Shown piece by piece: positions 22,140-33,141 of a DNA stretch of 38,544 nt (within the stretch, counting starts at the first letter, position 1; every line of letters starts with the position of its first letter). The notes beneath the pieces were generated by a model. It ran no database searches. It was not told the origin of the DNA and was given only the letters and a program-made list of their open reading frames with translations. Source of the DNA: Octopus bimaculoides. Its lineage: Eukaryota. The position numbers and the translations under genes are program-made. The DNA is taken from NCBI RefSeq assembly GCF_001194135.2, contig NC_068995.1, positions 23,853,056-23,891,599 of the forward strand, in the 5' to 3' direction.

Positions 22140-23879
22140 ATCAGAAAGAGAATCCAACAAGATCTAGGAAAATCGTACGTGAAAGAATTTGAAACGGTGA
22201 AGACACGCCAGATTAAGAAGTTTATGAAACTCAAAGGTCGGAGAATGAAGACTGAAGTCCATCACCCACCTGTGAAAGCAGTGATTAATGTAAGTAGCCG
22301 ACGACTGGAAGACTCCGAAGAAGCCGTACTAAACAAAGGTCTCAACTTTGCGACAACCATCAAGCGCATTCCATACTTGGACATAATAGCCCCTATTGAA
22401 GGGATAGCGGTAAAGTTACCGAAAGCTCAGGGAGTTGAACTAAGGTGGAAGGTGAGACAGGTACTGGAGAAAGCGAAACATCCCAAACCAAACATCACTA
22501 AGGAAGAAAAGTTCGCTATCAAAAGGCTACAAGGAGACAATTCCATCATAGTTCTCCCAGCGGACAAGGGAAATGCTACAGTGGTGATGAACAAGTCTGA
22601 CTACTCCGAAAAGAACAAGGATCACTTCACACCAATGAAGTACAGACAGCTGACTCAACACTACAGTAAACTACCACACATGTATGGTCTCCCTAAAATT
22701 CACAAGGAAGGTATTCCACTAAGACCTATAGTGAGCTGTAGAGGTTCAGCATGTCATCCATTGAGCCGCTTCTTGGTGGATATAATCAGTCCATTAGCAG
22801 GAAAGTCAACATCATACGTGAAGAATTCCACCCACTTCACAGAATGGATCAAGGATACCCCCATTGAATCCAACCAGATGGTGAGCCTAGATGTGATAAG
22901 TCTATTCACCAAAGTCCCAACTGGTGAAGCACTATCGGTGATTCAAGAAAAACTAGTGACAGACACCCATCTAAAAGAATGCACTAGTATNNNNNNNNNN
23001 NNNNNNNNNNNNNNNNNNNNNNNNNNNNNNNNNNNNNNNNNNNNNNNNNNNNNNNNNNNNNNNNNNNNNNNNNNNNNNNNNNNNNNNNNNNNNNNNNNNN
23101 NNNNNNNNNNNNNNNNNNNNNNNNNNNNNNNNNNNNNNNNNNNNNNNNNNNNNNNNNNNNNNNNNNNNNNNNNNNNNNNNNNNNNNNNNNNNNNNNNNNN
23201 NNNNNNNNNNNNNNNNNNNNNNNNNNNNNNNNNNNNNNNNNNNNNNNNNNNNNNNNNNNNNNNNNNNNNNNNNNNNNNNNNNNNNNNNNNNNNNNNNNNN
23301 NNNNNNNNNNNNNNNNNNNNNNNNNNNNNNNNNNNNNNNNNNNNNNNNNNNNNNNNNNNNNNNNNNNNNNNNNNNNNNNNNNNNNNNNNNNNNNNNNNNN
23401 NNNNNNNNNNNNNNNNNNNNNNNNNNNNNNNNNNNNNNNNGATATGCGGCCCATATGACATCAGGGCAGTATTCAAGAGCAATACAACACTTCGCAAATA
23501 TCTCCTTCGGGTAAAACCACCAACAGAAGAGAATATGACCAAAAACTGCGTGTACTCCATCCCATGCAGCTGTGGTAGATTATACAAAGGCGGAACATCT
23601 CACCCCCTCAAAATAAGGGTAGAAGAACATCGCAAAGCTGTGACACGAGGAGATATTGATAAATCGGGTATAGCTGATCATGTATGGAAAAATAGAAACC
23701 ACCTCCCCCTGTGGGATGAAGTTAAAATAATAGATAGGGAACAACACTGGAAAATACGAAAACTAAAAGAAGCAGCACATATGCTAGGACACAACAACCT
23801 CCTAAGTAGACCGAGTGCAGATACGAATAGCATATGGGAACCGGTATTGAGGATGGATAGAAAAATGACAGATTTATAA
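22140..23879 (+). CDS. PLE reverse transcriptase + GIY-YIG endonuclease ORF (5'-truncated, core RT in an N gap)
   Basis: LNKGLNFA, PADKGNATVVMN, YGLPKIHKEGIPLRPIVS, SYVKNSTHF, SLDVISLFTKVP. After the gap: CVYSIPCSCGRLYKGGT..LKIRVEEH, SGIADHVW, RKLKEAAH. Stop TAA at 23877-79. No true start codon, because the 5' end is the inversion junction. Confidence 0.9.
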   Translation: MRKRIQQDLGKSYVKEFETVKTRQIKKFMKLKGRRMKTEVHHPPVKAVINVSSRRLEDSEEAVLNKGLNFATTIKRIPYLDIIAPIEGIAVKLPKAQGVELRWKVRQVLEKAKHPKPNITKEEKFAIKRLQGDNSIIVLPADKGNATVVMNKSDYSEKNKDHFTPMKYRQLTQHYSKLPHMYGLPKIHKEGIPLRPIVSCRGSACHPLSRFLVDIISPLAGKSTSYVKNSTHFTEWIKDTPIESNQMVSLDVISLFTKVPTGEALSVIQEKLVTDTHLKECTSXXXXXXXXXXXXXXXXXXXXXXXXXXXXXXXXXXXXXXXXXXXXXXXXXXXXXXXXXXXXXXXXXXXXXXXXXXXXXXXXXXXXXXXXXXXXXXXXXXXXXXXXXXXXXXXXXXXXXXXXXXXXXXXXXXXXXXXXXXXXXXXXXXXXXXXICGPYDIRAVFKSNTTLRKYLLRVKPPTEENMTKNCVYSIPCSCGRLYKGGTSHPLKIRVEEHRKAVTRGDIDKSGIADHVWKNRNHLPLWDEVKIIDREQHWKIRKLKEAAHMLGHNNLLSRPSADTNSIWEPVLRMDRKMTDL

Positions 23880-23908
23880 GCCTTAAAATTCACCCCATAA
23901 TTGCCCAC

Positions 23909-23981
23909 GGGCATATGGCGTAGTGGTTAAGAGCGCGGGCTACTAACCCCAAGGTTCCGAGTTCGATTCACGGCAGCGACC
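23909..23981 (+). promoter_or_regulatory. tRNA-derived Pol III promoter head in the PLE 3' UTR
   Basis: A box TGGCGTAGTGG (23916-26) and B-box-like GAGTTCGATTC (23959-69) at tRNA spacing, with residual anticodon (GGG-CTACTAA-CCC) and T-arm (CCGAG/CACGG) stems. The acceptor stem does not pair. Confidence 0.75.
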
Positions 23982-24069
23982 TGATTAATAATAATAGTAA
24001 TAATAATAATAATAATATAATAATAGTAACATCGTTAGGAATGAGAACCCAGGTTCGAAATTTCCCCAA

Positions 24070-24115
24070 GACACCTGATGAAGGCTGGAGGGTATAACAG
24101 CCGAAACGTTGTGTT
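24070..24115 (+). ncRNA. Minimal type I hammerhead ribozyme
   Basis: GACAC-CTGATGA-A-GGCTG-GAGGGTATAA-CAGCC-GAAAC-GTT-GTGTT. Intact CUGANGA/GAAA core, 5-bp stems I and II, palindromic AACGTT stem III. Predicted cleavage after GUU at 24110. Confidence 0.87.
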
Positions 24116-24202
24116 AACAACAAACAAGATGAGGACAAATATCCGTCGAATGTAAATAATGTAAATAATGTAAATAATTCCTCATCTCTTAAATATAGAA
24201 CT

Positions 24203-24216
24203 GTAACATTTCAATA
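24203..24216 (+). repeat. Target-site duplication, right copy (GTAACATTTCAATA)
   Basis: Identical to 21029-21042. Confidence 0.92.
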
Positions 24217-24349
24217 GCTTTGTTATTGTTATTATAGAACTCTACTATGCAGCTTCCCTTATTTAAGGTGCTGTGCTGCAAACGAGGACTAGCGAGCTCG
24301 CATGGGAAGTGTATATTCTCACGAGAATGTATAGTGATTTAATGAACCT

Positions 24350-24800
24350 ATGTAGGCATATAACGGCATTAGGAAGTTCTATTACATGTGCATCCATGAA
24401 CTTCACTTTGATGATGACTCTGCTCAAGTGGCATATTTACACATATTTACAAGAAAATATCCAGAGAGTTTCGTATCATTTTAAATGATATGACCATCAT
24501 AGTCAGCCTCTAAGTGTGGTGAAAAAGGTTGCGATTTCTGAAAAAAAATCTGGAGGTGAATGATCACCGATACATCAGCTATGATCACTTTTTAAGACTC
24601 AGATGGTCAACTGTACAATCAACGAGACAGACAAATCTGTCAATAAAATGCAAAGTTTACCGAGAAATAGTACTACCCTGCTTTGTATTCTTCAACTACA
24701 TTCATACTGTATCATTGTCATACCAAAAATACCGAGGAGCTTCCGGTTTCTTCAGCTACGTTTCTACAAAGCGTTCAGTCTATCCTAATTGAATGGTCTT
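24350..24800 (+). pseudogene. Old RTE-type RT relic
   Basis: IHELHFDDDSAQVAY (cf. ELLFADD.ALVAH) and LSIKCKVYREIVLP (cf. TKCKVYRAIVLP), heavily decayed. Confidence 0.5.
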
Positions 24801-27800
24801 AATGCTAGGTGGGACACGTGATATTTATAAAGGACACTAAAATACCCAAAACTGGGATCTACGGTGAGATGAAATGTGAAAAGTTAGTAATCGCACGACA
24901 TTGCACTCAACCAGGTGACGTGATATAAAACTGTATGGCAGAAGAGACTAACTGAGTGCAAATAATGGCGGAAGAATATTAAGAATGGAGAAAATGTTGC
25001 TCAGTTGAATTGTATGAACAATAAAAATAAAAGAGAATTAGTTCTATAGCAAGACCCATTACACCTAATCTTTCAACAATATTTAGTAGTCACACAAAAG
25101 AACAAAGCACTGTCGATGAAGTTTTTTCTTTACATTTGAAACTAAAAAAAAAAAAACTTTGCTACACCGTCAACTTCTGTTATAGTGCTATTAAAGGTCA
25201 ATTAATTATTTTTCTGTCTAGGAAGAGAATAGAAACTTACAGCTAATTATAATATACTGGAATAATTTGCATAACAAGATAAGTGTTTGAAATATGTGTT
25301 TATTTCTTCTTAACAGCACCAAAACACTGCATTTCTTATTCACAGATATCTAAATGAAATTTTAAGTTTTTAGTAAATAAACTAAGTTCAACTAAATACT
25401 GCATGCGTTGTTTCTATTACGTATATGTATGAATACTTATAAAGTATTATATATAGATATAAATACAAATATACATCATCGTATATACATATAAACAAAC
25501 TTACGCTTGTGCATACATAAAGACGTACAGTCTTGTATAAACATACACATATACATACATATGTAATGAAGAAAATATAATCAGATGCCAAACTGTTTTG
25601 AAATGTTCCAAGCATTTTACCATATACATACTTGTAACAGAAATCTATACTGACTGTTGAATTCGACAAGATGCTGATATTTATCTCGTGGTGCTGATAC
25701 GTTGCTAGTGAATAACTGTGAAAATGAGAAGTGATACGCTGTCTGTTAAGATAAATAGAAATAAAATATAACAATAAAGTAGCATTTCAAAATTTGGTAA
25801 CACAACAACAAATGCTGTTTCTGTTGTCAGAATAACAATGGAAAGAGTTTCATTATTTACATTTAGTGTGGCGGAATATGATTACTTTCTTTAAATTAAA
25901 ATTTCTCTGCGATGATTTACCGAGCTTATTATCGCTTCGTATCCTACACCTTGGCTTTTAATCATCTACCATGCTGGAACAAAAATAGATGATTTGTGTT
26001 TGTGCTTATGCACGTGTGCGTGCGTGTTGGCGTATGTATAAGTGTGTGTCAGTCTATGTACATGAATGCATGTGTATGCCTTTGTGTGCATATGTTTGTG
26101 TCAGTGAGTGAGGTGACTGAATTTCTATGTATATGCTTTTGTGAAATAAAGTGTGACTGTATTAGTGCGAGTTGAAACATGTAAGTATGTATGTATGTAT
26201 GTATGTATGTATGTATGTTAGCGGGTCATATTTGTATGTGTATCTGTATATTATGATTCCCCTAAGAAATTTGAGTAAATAAACACAACGTTGAACGCAA
26301 ACAATAAAATGTATGACTACTAGCGATACGTAAGCATTATGTAACAGTGACGTCATCTGCATTCGGTAGACTGTATATTATTGAGTAGATATTTTGTAAT
26401 GTATCGTTTATAAATATTTCGTTACATGAATATATTCATTGTTTTCTTAAGCTGCATGAAATATGTCATTATACACGAAATCTGACTCTATGAAATCTTC
26501 ATAATATTTTGTTAATCAGGTATTTTATGACTAACCTGGATTGTAAACTCATAATCTTACATATGTGACGCATAGAAGATACATTTTTGGCAATATTCAC
26601 ATCGTTGTCATTTTTAACGATAATTACACAAAATTTTTCCCTTTGAAATGTCTATCCAAAAATTCGAGACTCACCTATTTTCTCATCAGTCTCTGAATTT
26701 TTTTGTGTAGGAATATCTTCCCTGAGTCAGAATTTGATGATTAATATGTTTTACTCACTTTGTTTTGTCAGTTGTCATCTAAATGATAAAATGCGAAACC
26801 TGAAGTGTGCCTAGATTATAAACTTCACCTTTCTCATGCTTCTTTATGAGGTAATATTTCTCAGCATTTTTATGGCAGCTTCGAATCGATGTTAGGATTG
26901 CTACAGCCTTCAGTGGATCAATATTCCTCTGAAATTCCAAATCTTGGTAGCAGTATTGATACTGAAGATAATGTATGGACTCATTTTTTTGTTTGTGAAC
27001 AGCAAATAATTTTGAACTTCCTAACTCTATTTTGCTCGGAACACCACTATGCAGTTTATGAAACTCATGTAGTTCGACAAATTGAGAATATTCCTTTCTT
27101 TCCATTTGCTCATTGATACTTTATTAGAGTCGAAATAGTTTTAACGAAATTAATTTAACCAGTCTGGACATACAATATTTAAACAAGCAACAGATGCAAT
27201 AGTTTTCTCCCAACTTAAGGTTTTTATCAATGGCAGCATTTAGCTACTTCGATTAAATGCAACGTAATTTTTAAAAAATATAAATAACTTCTACCAGTAT
27301 CCGTAGATTTCTTTCTGATTTCAGTCTAAACAGGAGCTTTCCTCCAGCTGTTGTGAATGAATATTTTTCTTTAAGTATGGAATATATGTATTAAGGTTGG
27401 CATCTCGCCTTCCATTAGATATCTTCAAAGAATATGATGCAATAGGTTGTGGGAAATATGTTACTTTTATTTTCATAATGTTTCGTTTTCCGATACATAT
27501 GTGGGTTGAGTGAAAACGTTTGGCTAGGAACAGTATGTTGATGAAGTCGTTCTTTTTGTTTTTTGTTTTATTTTTCTGATATAGACTAAGCATCTTGAGT
27601 TTACTTTAAACGTTTATTAATTTGTCCAAAACCCACCCACCAACAGTGGTGATTAAAGTCACTGTCGAGTTTTTACAAATTTCTCAAACTGTAGCTAGTA
27701 TGGCATTCACATATTTTTCACCTTACACCTTGTGACATAATCTAAATTTCTGATTCTACAGTGTGTACTGTTCAATTTCTTCACACAATTCCAGACAAGC

Positions 27801-27963
27801 CAACAGTCTCATACACACCTGGTTATATTTCCACAAACAATAACACCTTGCTTGAACGAGCAATGGAGATTGCTTATACATATAAAATTTAGTTATCATG
27901 TGACGCTATTAATCCGATATGGCATAGGCCACAAGCAGCTAAAAGTAATATCCATATACCAAT

Positions 27964-27967
<4 letters not shown>

Positions 27968-28022
<55 letters not shown>
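27968..28022. repeat. (CT)n microsatellite running into a gap
   Basis: Directly visible. Confidence 0.95.
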
Positions 28023-28266
28023 NNNNNNNNNNNNNNNNNNNNNNNNNNNNNNNNNNNNNNNNNNNNNNNNNNNNNNNNNNNNNNNNNNNNNNNNNNNNNN
28101 NNNNNNNNNNNNNNNNNNNNNNNNNNNNNNNNNNNNNNNNNNNNNNNNNNNNNNNNNNNNNNNNNNNNNNNNNNNNNNNNNNNNNNNNNNNNNNNNNNNN
28201 NNNNNNNNNNNNNNNNNNNNNNNNNNNNNNNNNNNNNNNNNNNNNNNNNNNNNNNNNNNNNNNNNN

Positions 28267-28307
<41 letters not shown>

Positions 28308-28838
28308 CATGTATATATAATTACTACTAACTTTTATTTTCATCAATGTAAATACACGCGCGCGCACATGCACGCACGCATACGTACATACACACAGACA
28401 CGTGTTTGTGTACGTTCGATTGTGGCCCCCTGCTTATTGAACTTTGTTACAACTGTTAAGTTTTGATTTCTTTTTGTGTGAATATTTTAATGCTATTTTG
28501 CTTCAACCTACTAACCTGTCTATCCAGACACTGTCTGGCTGGCTGGCAGTCCGTCTATCAAATTGGCTGAACATTGAAGACTAAGCAAAGTCTAGTAATG
28601 GCCTTAAGAGAGACATTTACACGGAACACTAACGAGCAAGATTAAACACTAAATAAACTAAACTGTTATTATTAACTTTGACATATAACCTGATTGTAGT
28701 AGAAACTGTTGTGACTTGCGTTGTTAGTGCGGTGGTGATATTATTGCCGTTAGTGAGACGGTAGTGTGTGCTGTGTAGGGTATAAAACAAATGGTGTTCC
28801 GTAATTTAGTAATTCTGCAGGCAGTGTGATCACAGTTT

Positions 28839-28899
<61 letters not shown>

Positions 28900-29152
28900 T
28901 AGTAGTAGTAGTAGTGGTGGTATCGGCAACATTAGAAGTAGTAGTAGTAGTAGCAGCAGCAGCAGTAATAGTAGTATAGTATCGGTAGCAGCAGCAGTAT
29001 CAGTAGTAGTAGTTGTTGTAGTTGTCGTTGTTGTAGTAGTTGCCGCATTAGTAGTACAGCAGCAGCAGCAGTGATGCTTCAGTTCAGCTTACTATTGAAT
29101 CAACATTTGTGGTAACAGTTATGGTGATGATGATGATCATGATGATGATGAC
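28839..29152. repeat. Compound (AGT)n/(AGC)n/(TTG)n/(GAT)n low-complexity tract
   Basis: Directly visible; it produces the spurious poly-S/V/L ORFs. Confidence 0.9.
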
Positions 29153-30112
29153 GAAATGGAGCTGAATGAGAAGCAGTAAATGGGACGGGTGGGGGTGGGG
29201 ATGAGGTTATGTAGGGTGTTGCTCTTTTCAATAATGTTGGTCGGATTCTTTGATTTAGCATTGTTATTGTTGTAAATGATATTGCTGACGATGTACGTGG
29301 ATGTCATCACAGACACTAACTATCAAGGCTAGCTGCTTCATGGCATTCGCTTTGATGTTTCCATGTTGAGAGTTCAAATTCTGTCAAGTGTGAATTCCGC
29401 CCCCCCCCCCACTCTTTCTCAATAAAAACAAGTGCTAATAATTCGTAGGCGTTTGTTCAGTCATTTGTCGCTGTAAACGTAAAACAGTTTTATTGTTGTC
29501 CCGAAGAATATAACAGTAACGCTGTAGACGTTCCGGTTTCAATATCGAGTAAGGAATGCTGTTTAAAGAGGCCTGGTCGCTATTGCTTCTTACTTGGTAA
29601 TTTTTGAGAAATCATAACTATCACATGTTTTACATATTTAAACTGTAATTGAAACTTTCCCTGCATAGNNNNNNNNNNNNNNNNNNNNNNNNNNNNNNNN
29701 NNNNNNNNNNNNNNNNNNNNNNNNNNNNNNNNNNNNNNNNNNNNNNNNNNNNNNNNNNNNNNNNNNNNNNNNNNNNNNNNNNNNNNNNNNNNNNNNNNNN
29801 NNNNNNNNNNNNNNNNNNNNNNNNNNNNNNNNNNNNNNNNNNNNNNNNNNNNNNNNNNNNNNNNNNNNNNNNNNNNNNNNNNNNNNNNNNNNNNNNNNNN
29901 NNNNNNNNNNNNNNNNNNNNNNNNNNNNNNNNNNNNNNNNNNNNNNNNNNNNNNNNNNNNNNNNNNNNNNNNNNNNNNNNNNNNNNNNNNNNNNNNNNNN
30001 NNNNNNNNNNNNNNNNNNNNNNNNNNNNNNNNNNNNNNNNNNNNNNNNNNNNNNNNNNNNNNNNNNNNNNNNNNNNNNNNNNNNNNNNNNNNNNNNATAT
30101 ATATATATATAC

Positions 30113-30161
<49 letters not shown>

Positions 30162-30679
30162 CACCAGAGTAAGCATATGAATGCGAAACAAGGTGGGAAA
30201 ATAGTACTCGAGTACCGGAGGTAGAGTAATGTGTTTTATTAATAAAGCTGCAAAAACATCACAAAATCTGTTACTCAGAGTTTCACATTTCCGTTCGTCG
30301 GACAGTTTGGGTCTAGAATGGAACAAAATAAGGTTATATGCATGAATATACATATTTGAAAATGGTTTTGTTTCATTGGTCTTTTCAAGTAACGGTCTTT
30401 ACAGTAACCGGTTACATGAAATTACAATTACGGTTTAAAATCAAATTATTACAAAAATCGAAGAGAACCTTATATCAAAAAATAGATTTAGTAGAAGTAA
30501 AAAAGACTTGTATACGCAGGGTAAATAATTAATGGTAAAAATATAATAAATTTAAATAAATCAAAAGATATATCCGTTTAAAATAAAGACATTTAAAAAG
30601 AAGTAGTCATGAAATAAATACACATTTAGTAATATACCAAAACCCTATATATACATATATACACTAAACATACATCTTC

Positions 30680-30960
30680 TTTACATTCATTTGTGTTTGT
30701 TTTTTCTTCAATGTTTTTGTGCAATGACGAGAATAAAAGGTTGAATCTTGTTTGCAGATTGGGACCAAAGAATAACTCAGCTGGAGACTTGCCTGTATTT
30801 TCAGTTGGGGGTTGTGTGAGAGGCAAAAGTAAACGATCCGGTTTAGTCTAAAGGTTTCCGGTACTTTGCTGTTTTGATCTATTCTTTACTGTCTGAACAG
30901 CTCGTTCTGCTAGGACGTTTGAAGACGTACCCCATTCTTTCGCAAAAATGTGTGGAAAAC
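30680..30960 (-). pseudogene. Ty3/Gypsy integrase relic
   Basis: Minus strand FLRKNGVRLQTS.../LAERAVQTVKN...TGKSPAELFFGPNLQTRFNLL matches the integrase C-terminal core, including the catalytic-E helix. It ends where Tc1 copy 2 begins. Confidence 0.75.
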
Positions 30961-30967
30961 CCCACTT

Positions 30968-32109
30968 GGTAATTAAAATTCAATAAAATCACAGATTTAT
31001 CGGACTTTCAAAGAGGACAAGTTGTTGGTGCTCTTAAGGTAGATGCTAGCGTAACCAAAACAGCCGAAANNNNNNNNNNCAAAGAGGACAAGTTGTTGGT
31101 GCTCTTAAGGTAGATGCTAGCGTAACCAAAACAGCCGAAATGTTTGGTGTATCAAGAAGTACTGTCTCGAAAGTAATTACAGCCTTTAAGAAATAGGGAA
31201 AATTCTTCATCGAAACAAAACTCCGGAAGAAAACCCAAATTTTCATATAAGGACTGTCAGACTTTTACGCGAATTGTTAGAAAGGATCACAAAAGTAAAG
31301 CTCCCAGAATTACTGCAGAACTTGATGACCACTTTGAGAACCCAAATTCCAAAGAAACCTGTTCGCCAGAAACTGCACAAAGCCAGATTTCACGGGAGGG
31401 CCGCAATCAGAAAACCACTACTTTCAAAAACAAACGTTACAAAGCATTTAGAGTGGAGTAAAAACCTACAGAATTGGTCCCTAGAGTAGTGGGAGAATGG
31501 TATTTTCTCCGACGAAACATCCTTTACCTTCTTTCCGACCACCGGCCGAGTATACGTGTAGAGACAGCCAAAAGAAGCATTTGACTCAGACTGCCTTTTT
31601 CCAACTGTTACACATGGAGGGGGATCTGTGATGATCTAGGGATCTATATCTTGGAAATCCGCCGGCCCAATGGTTTCCCTTGATGGCAGAATTAATAGCC
31701 AAGACTACTTAAGCGTTTTATCTAATCAAATTCATCCTATGGTTGCAAAACTGTTTCCGGAGGGAAACGCAATATTTCAGGATGATAATGCACCAATTCA
31801 CACATCTAAAATTGTTACTGAATGGCACGATGAACATTCTAGTGAAGTTGAACATCTTATCTGGCCACTACAGTCACCAGTTCTCAATATTATTGAACAT
31901 TTACGGTACAATAAAAAAAAAAAAGTAAGGAGTCGATATCCACCACCATCATCACTACAAGAACTGGAGACTGTTTTAGCTGAAGAATGGCTAAAAATTC
32001 TTTTGGAAACAATTCAAACTTTGCACGAGTCCATACCACCTAGTATTCAAACTGTAATTACTCCCAAAGACGGTCCTACACCATATTAAAATAAATTTTC
32101 CAGCCCCTG
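30968..32109 (+). mobile_element. Decayed Tc1-like transposon, copy 2 (DD36E; outer right TIR + TA)
   Basis: Same family as 7511-8634. FSDE ... QDDNAPIH ... SPVLNIIE ... KDGPTPY*. Ends ...TTCCAGCCCCTG|TA (reverse complement of CAGGGGCTGGAA). No left TIR. Confidence 0.92.
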
Positions 32110-32319
32110 TAGTTCTTAAATTTGACAGAAACAGGGAGGCTAATTCGCTCGTGTAAAGGTAACACACTAAGTCGCGTTAACAAAGGGATGTGGATTCGTG
32201 TCCCACCCGGATAGGAAAGCCTTCTGTTTTTCTGTCGACGACTTATATGCCCTTTTATTAGACTATTTTCCTTAGTCATTGAACTGTGATCGTCATAAGC
32301 CTTAATCTTGTATAATTAC

Positions 32320-32354
<35 letters not shown>

Positions 32355-33065
32355 NNNNNNNNNNNNNNNNNNNNNNNNNNNNNNNNNNNNNNNNNNNNNN
32401 NNNNNNNNNNNNNNNNNNNNNNNNNNNNNNNNNNNNNNNNNNNNNNNNNNNNNNNNNNNNNNNNNNNNNNNNNNNNNNNNNNNNNNNNNNNNNNNNNNNN
32501 NNNNNNNNNNNNNNNNNNNNNNNNNNNNNNNNNNNNNNNNNNNNNNNNNNNNNNNNNNNNNNNNNNNNNNNNNNNNNNNNNNNNNNNNNNNNNNNNNNNN
32601 NNNNNNNNNNNNNNNNNNNNNNNNNNNNNNNNNNNNNNNNNNNNNNNNNNNNNNNNNNNNNNNNNNNNNNNNNNNNNNNNNNNNNNNNNNNNNNNNNNNN
32701 NNNNNNNNNNNNNNNNNNNNNNNNNNNNNNNNNNNNNNNNGAACAAAATAATTTGTTTCAGATAGTATAAGCATTGCAAAGGGAATATTCCAGGGAAGTA
32801 GCTTTTCTGTACTTCTTTTGGAGCGCTAGGTTTTGTCAGTAAATGTTTAAGGAGAATCTGGATAAACTGGGATTTTCAGAAAGGGAAATCGACCGGCTAA
32901 TTCGGATATTGCAAGTGTAATCTGTGAGTGGAATATTCAAAACTTCTCTCAAGTTCCAAATGTGAATTTCTCTATGTTAACTACATCCCAAAGATGGAGC
33001 CTTGTCTCCTTGTTAGAAATTGCCTCCCTCCTCAGTGGAAGATTTATAATAATTAAAAAATAGAA

Positions 33066-33074
33066 GCGACACAC

Positions 33075-33141
<67 letters not shown>

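Larger units (their letters stand above)
21043..24202 (+). mobile_element. Young Penelope-like retroelement with an inverted 5' copy of its 3' region, TSD-bounded
   Basis: RT + GIY-YIG ORF on +. 21043-21429 is the reverse complement of ~23784-24170 (about 98%). Minus-strand RT-thumb-like peptide at 22052-22146. Flanked by a 14-bp TSD. Confidence 0.93.

Noticed and set aside
23909-23981. Functional tRNA gene (anticodon ACT)
   Set aside because: The acceptor stem does not pair, the D and anticodon stems are incomplete, and there is no T-run terminator. Treated as a tRNA-derived head.
31009-31140. ~60-bp direct duplication inside Tc1 copy 2
   Set aside because: Identical copies flank a 10-N gap, which is a typical unmerged contig overlap.
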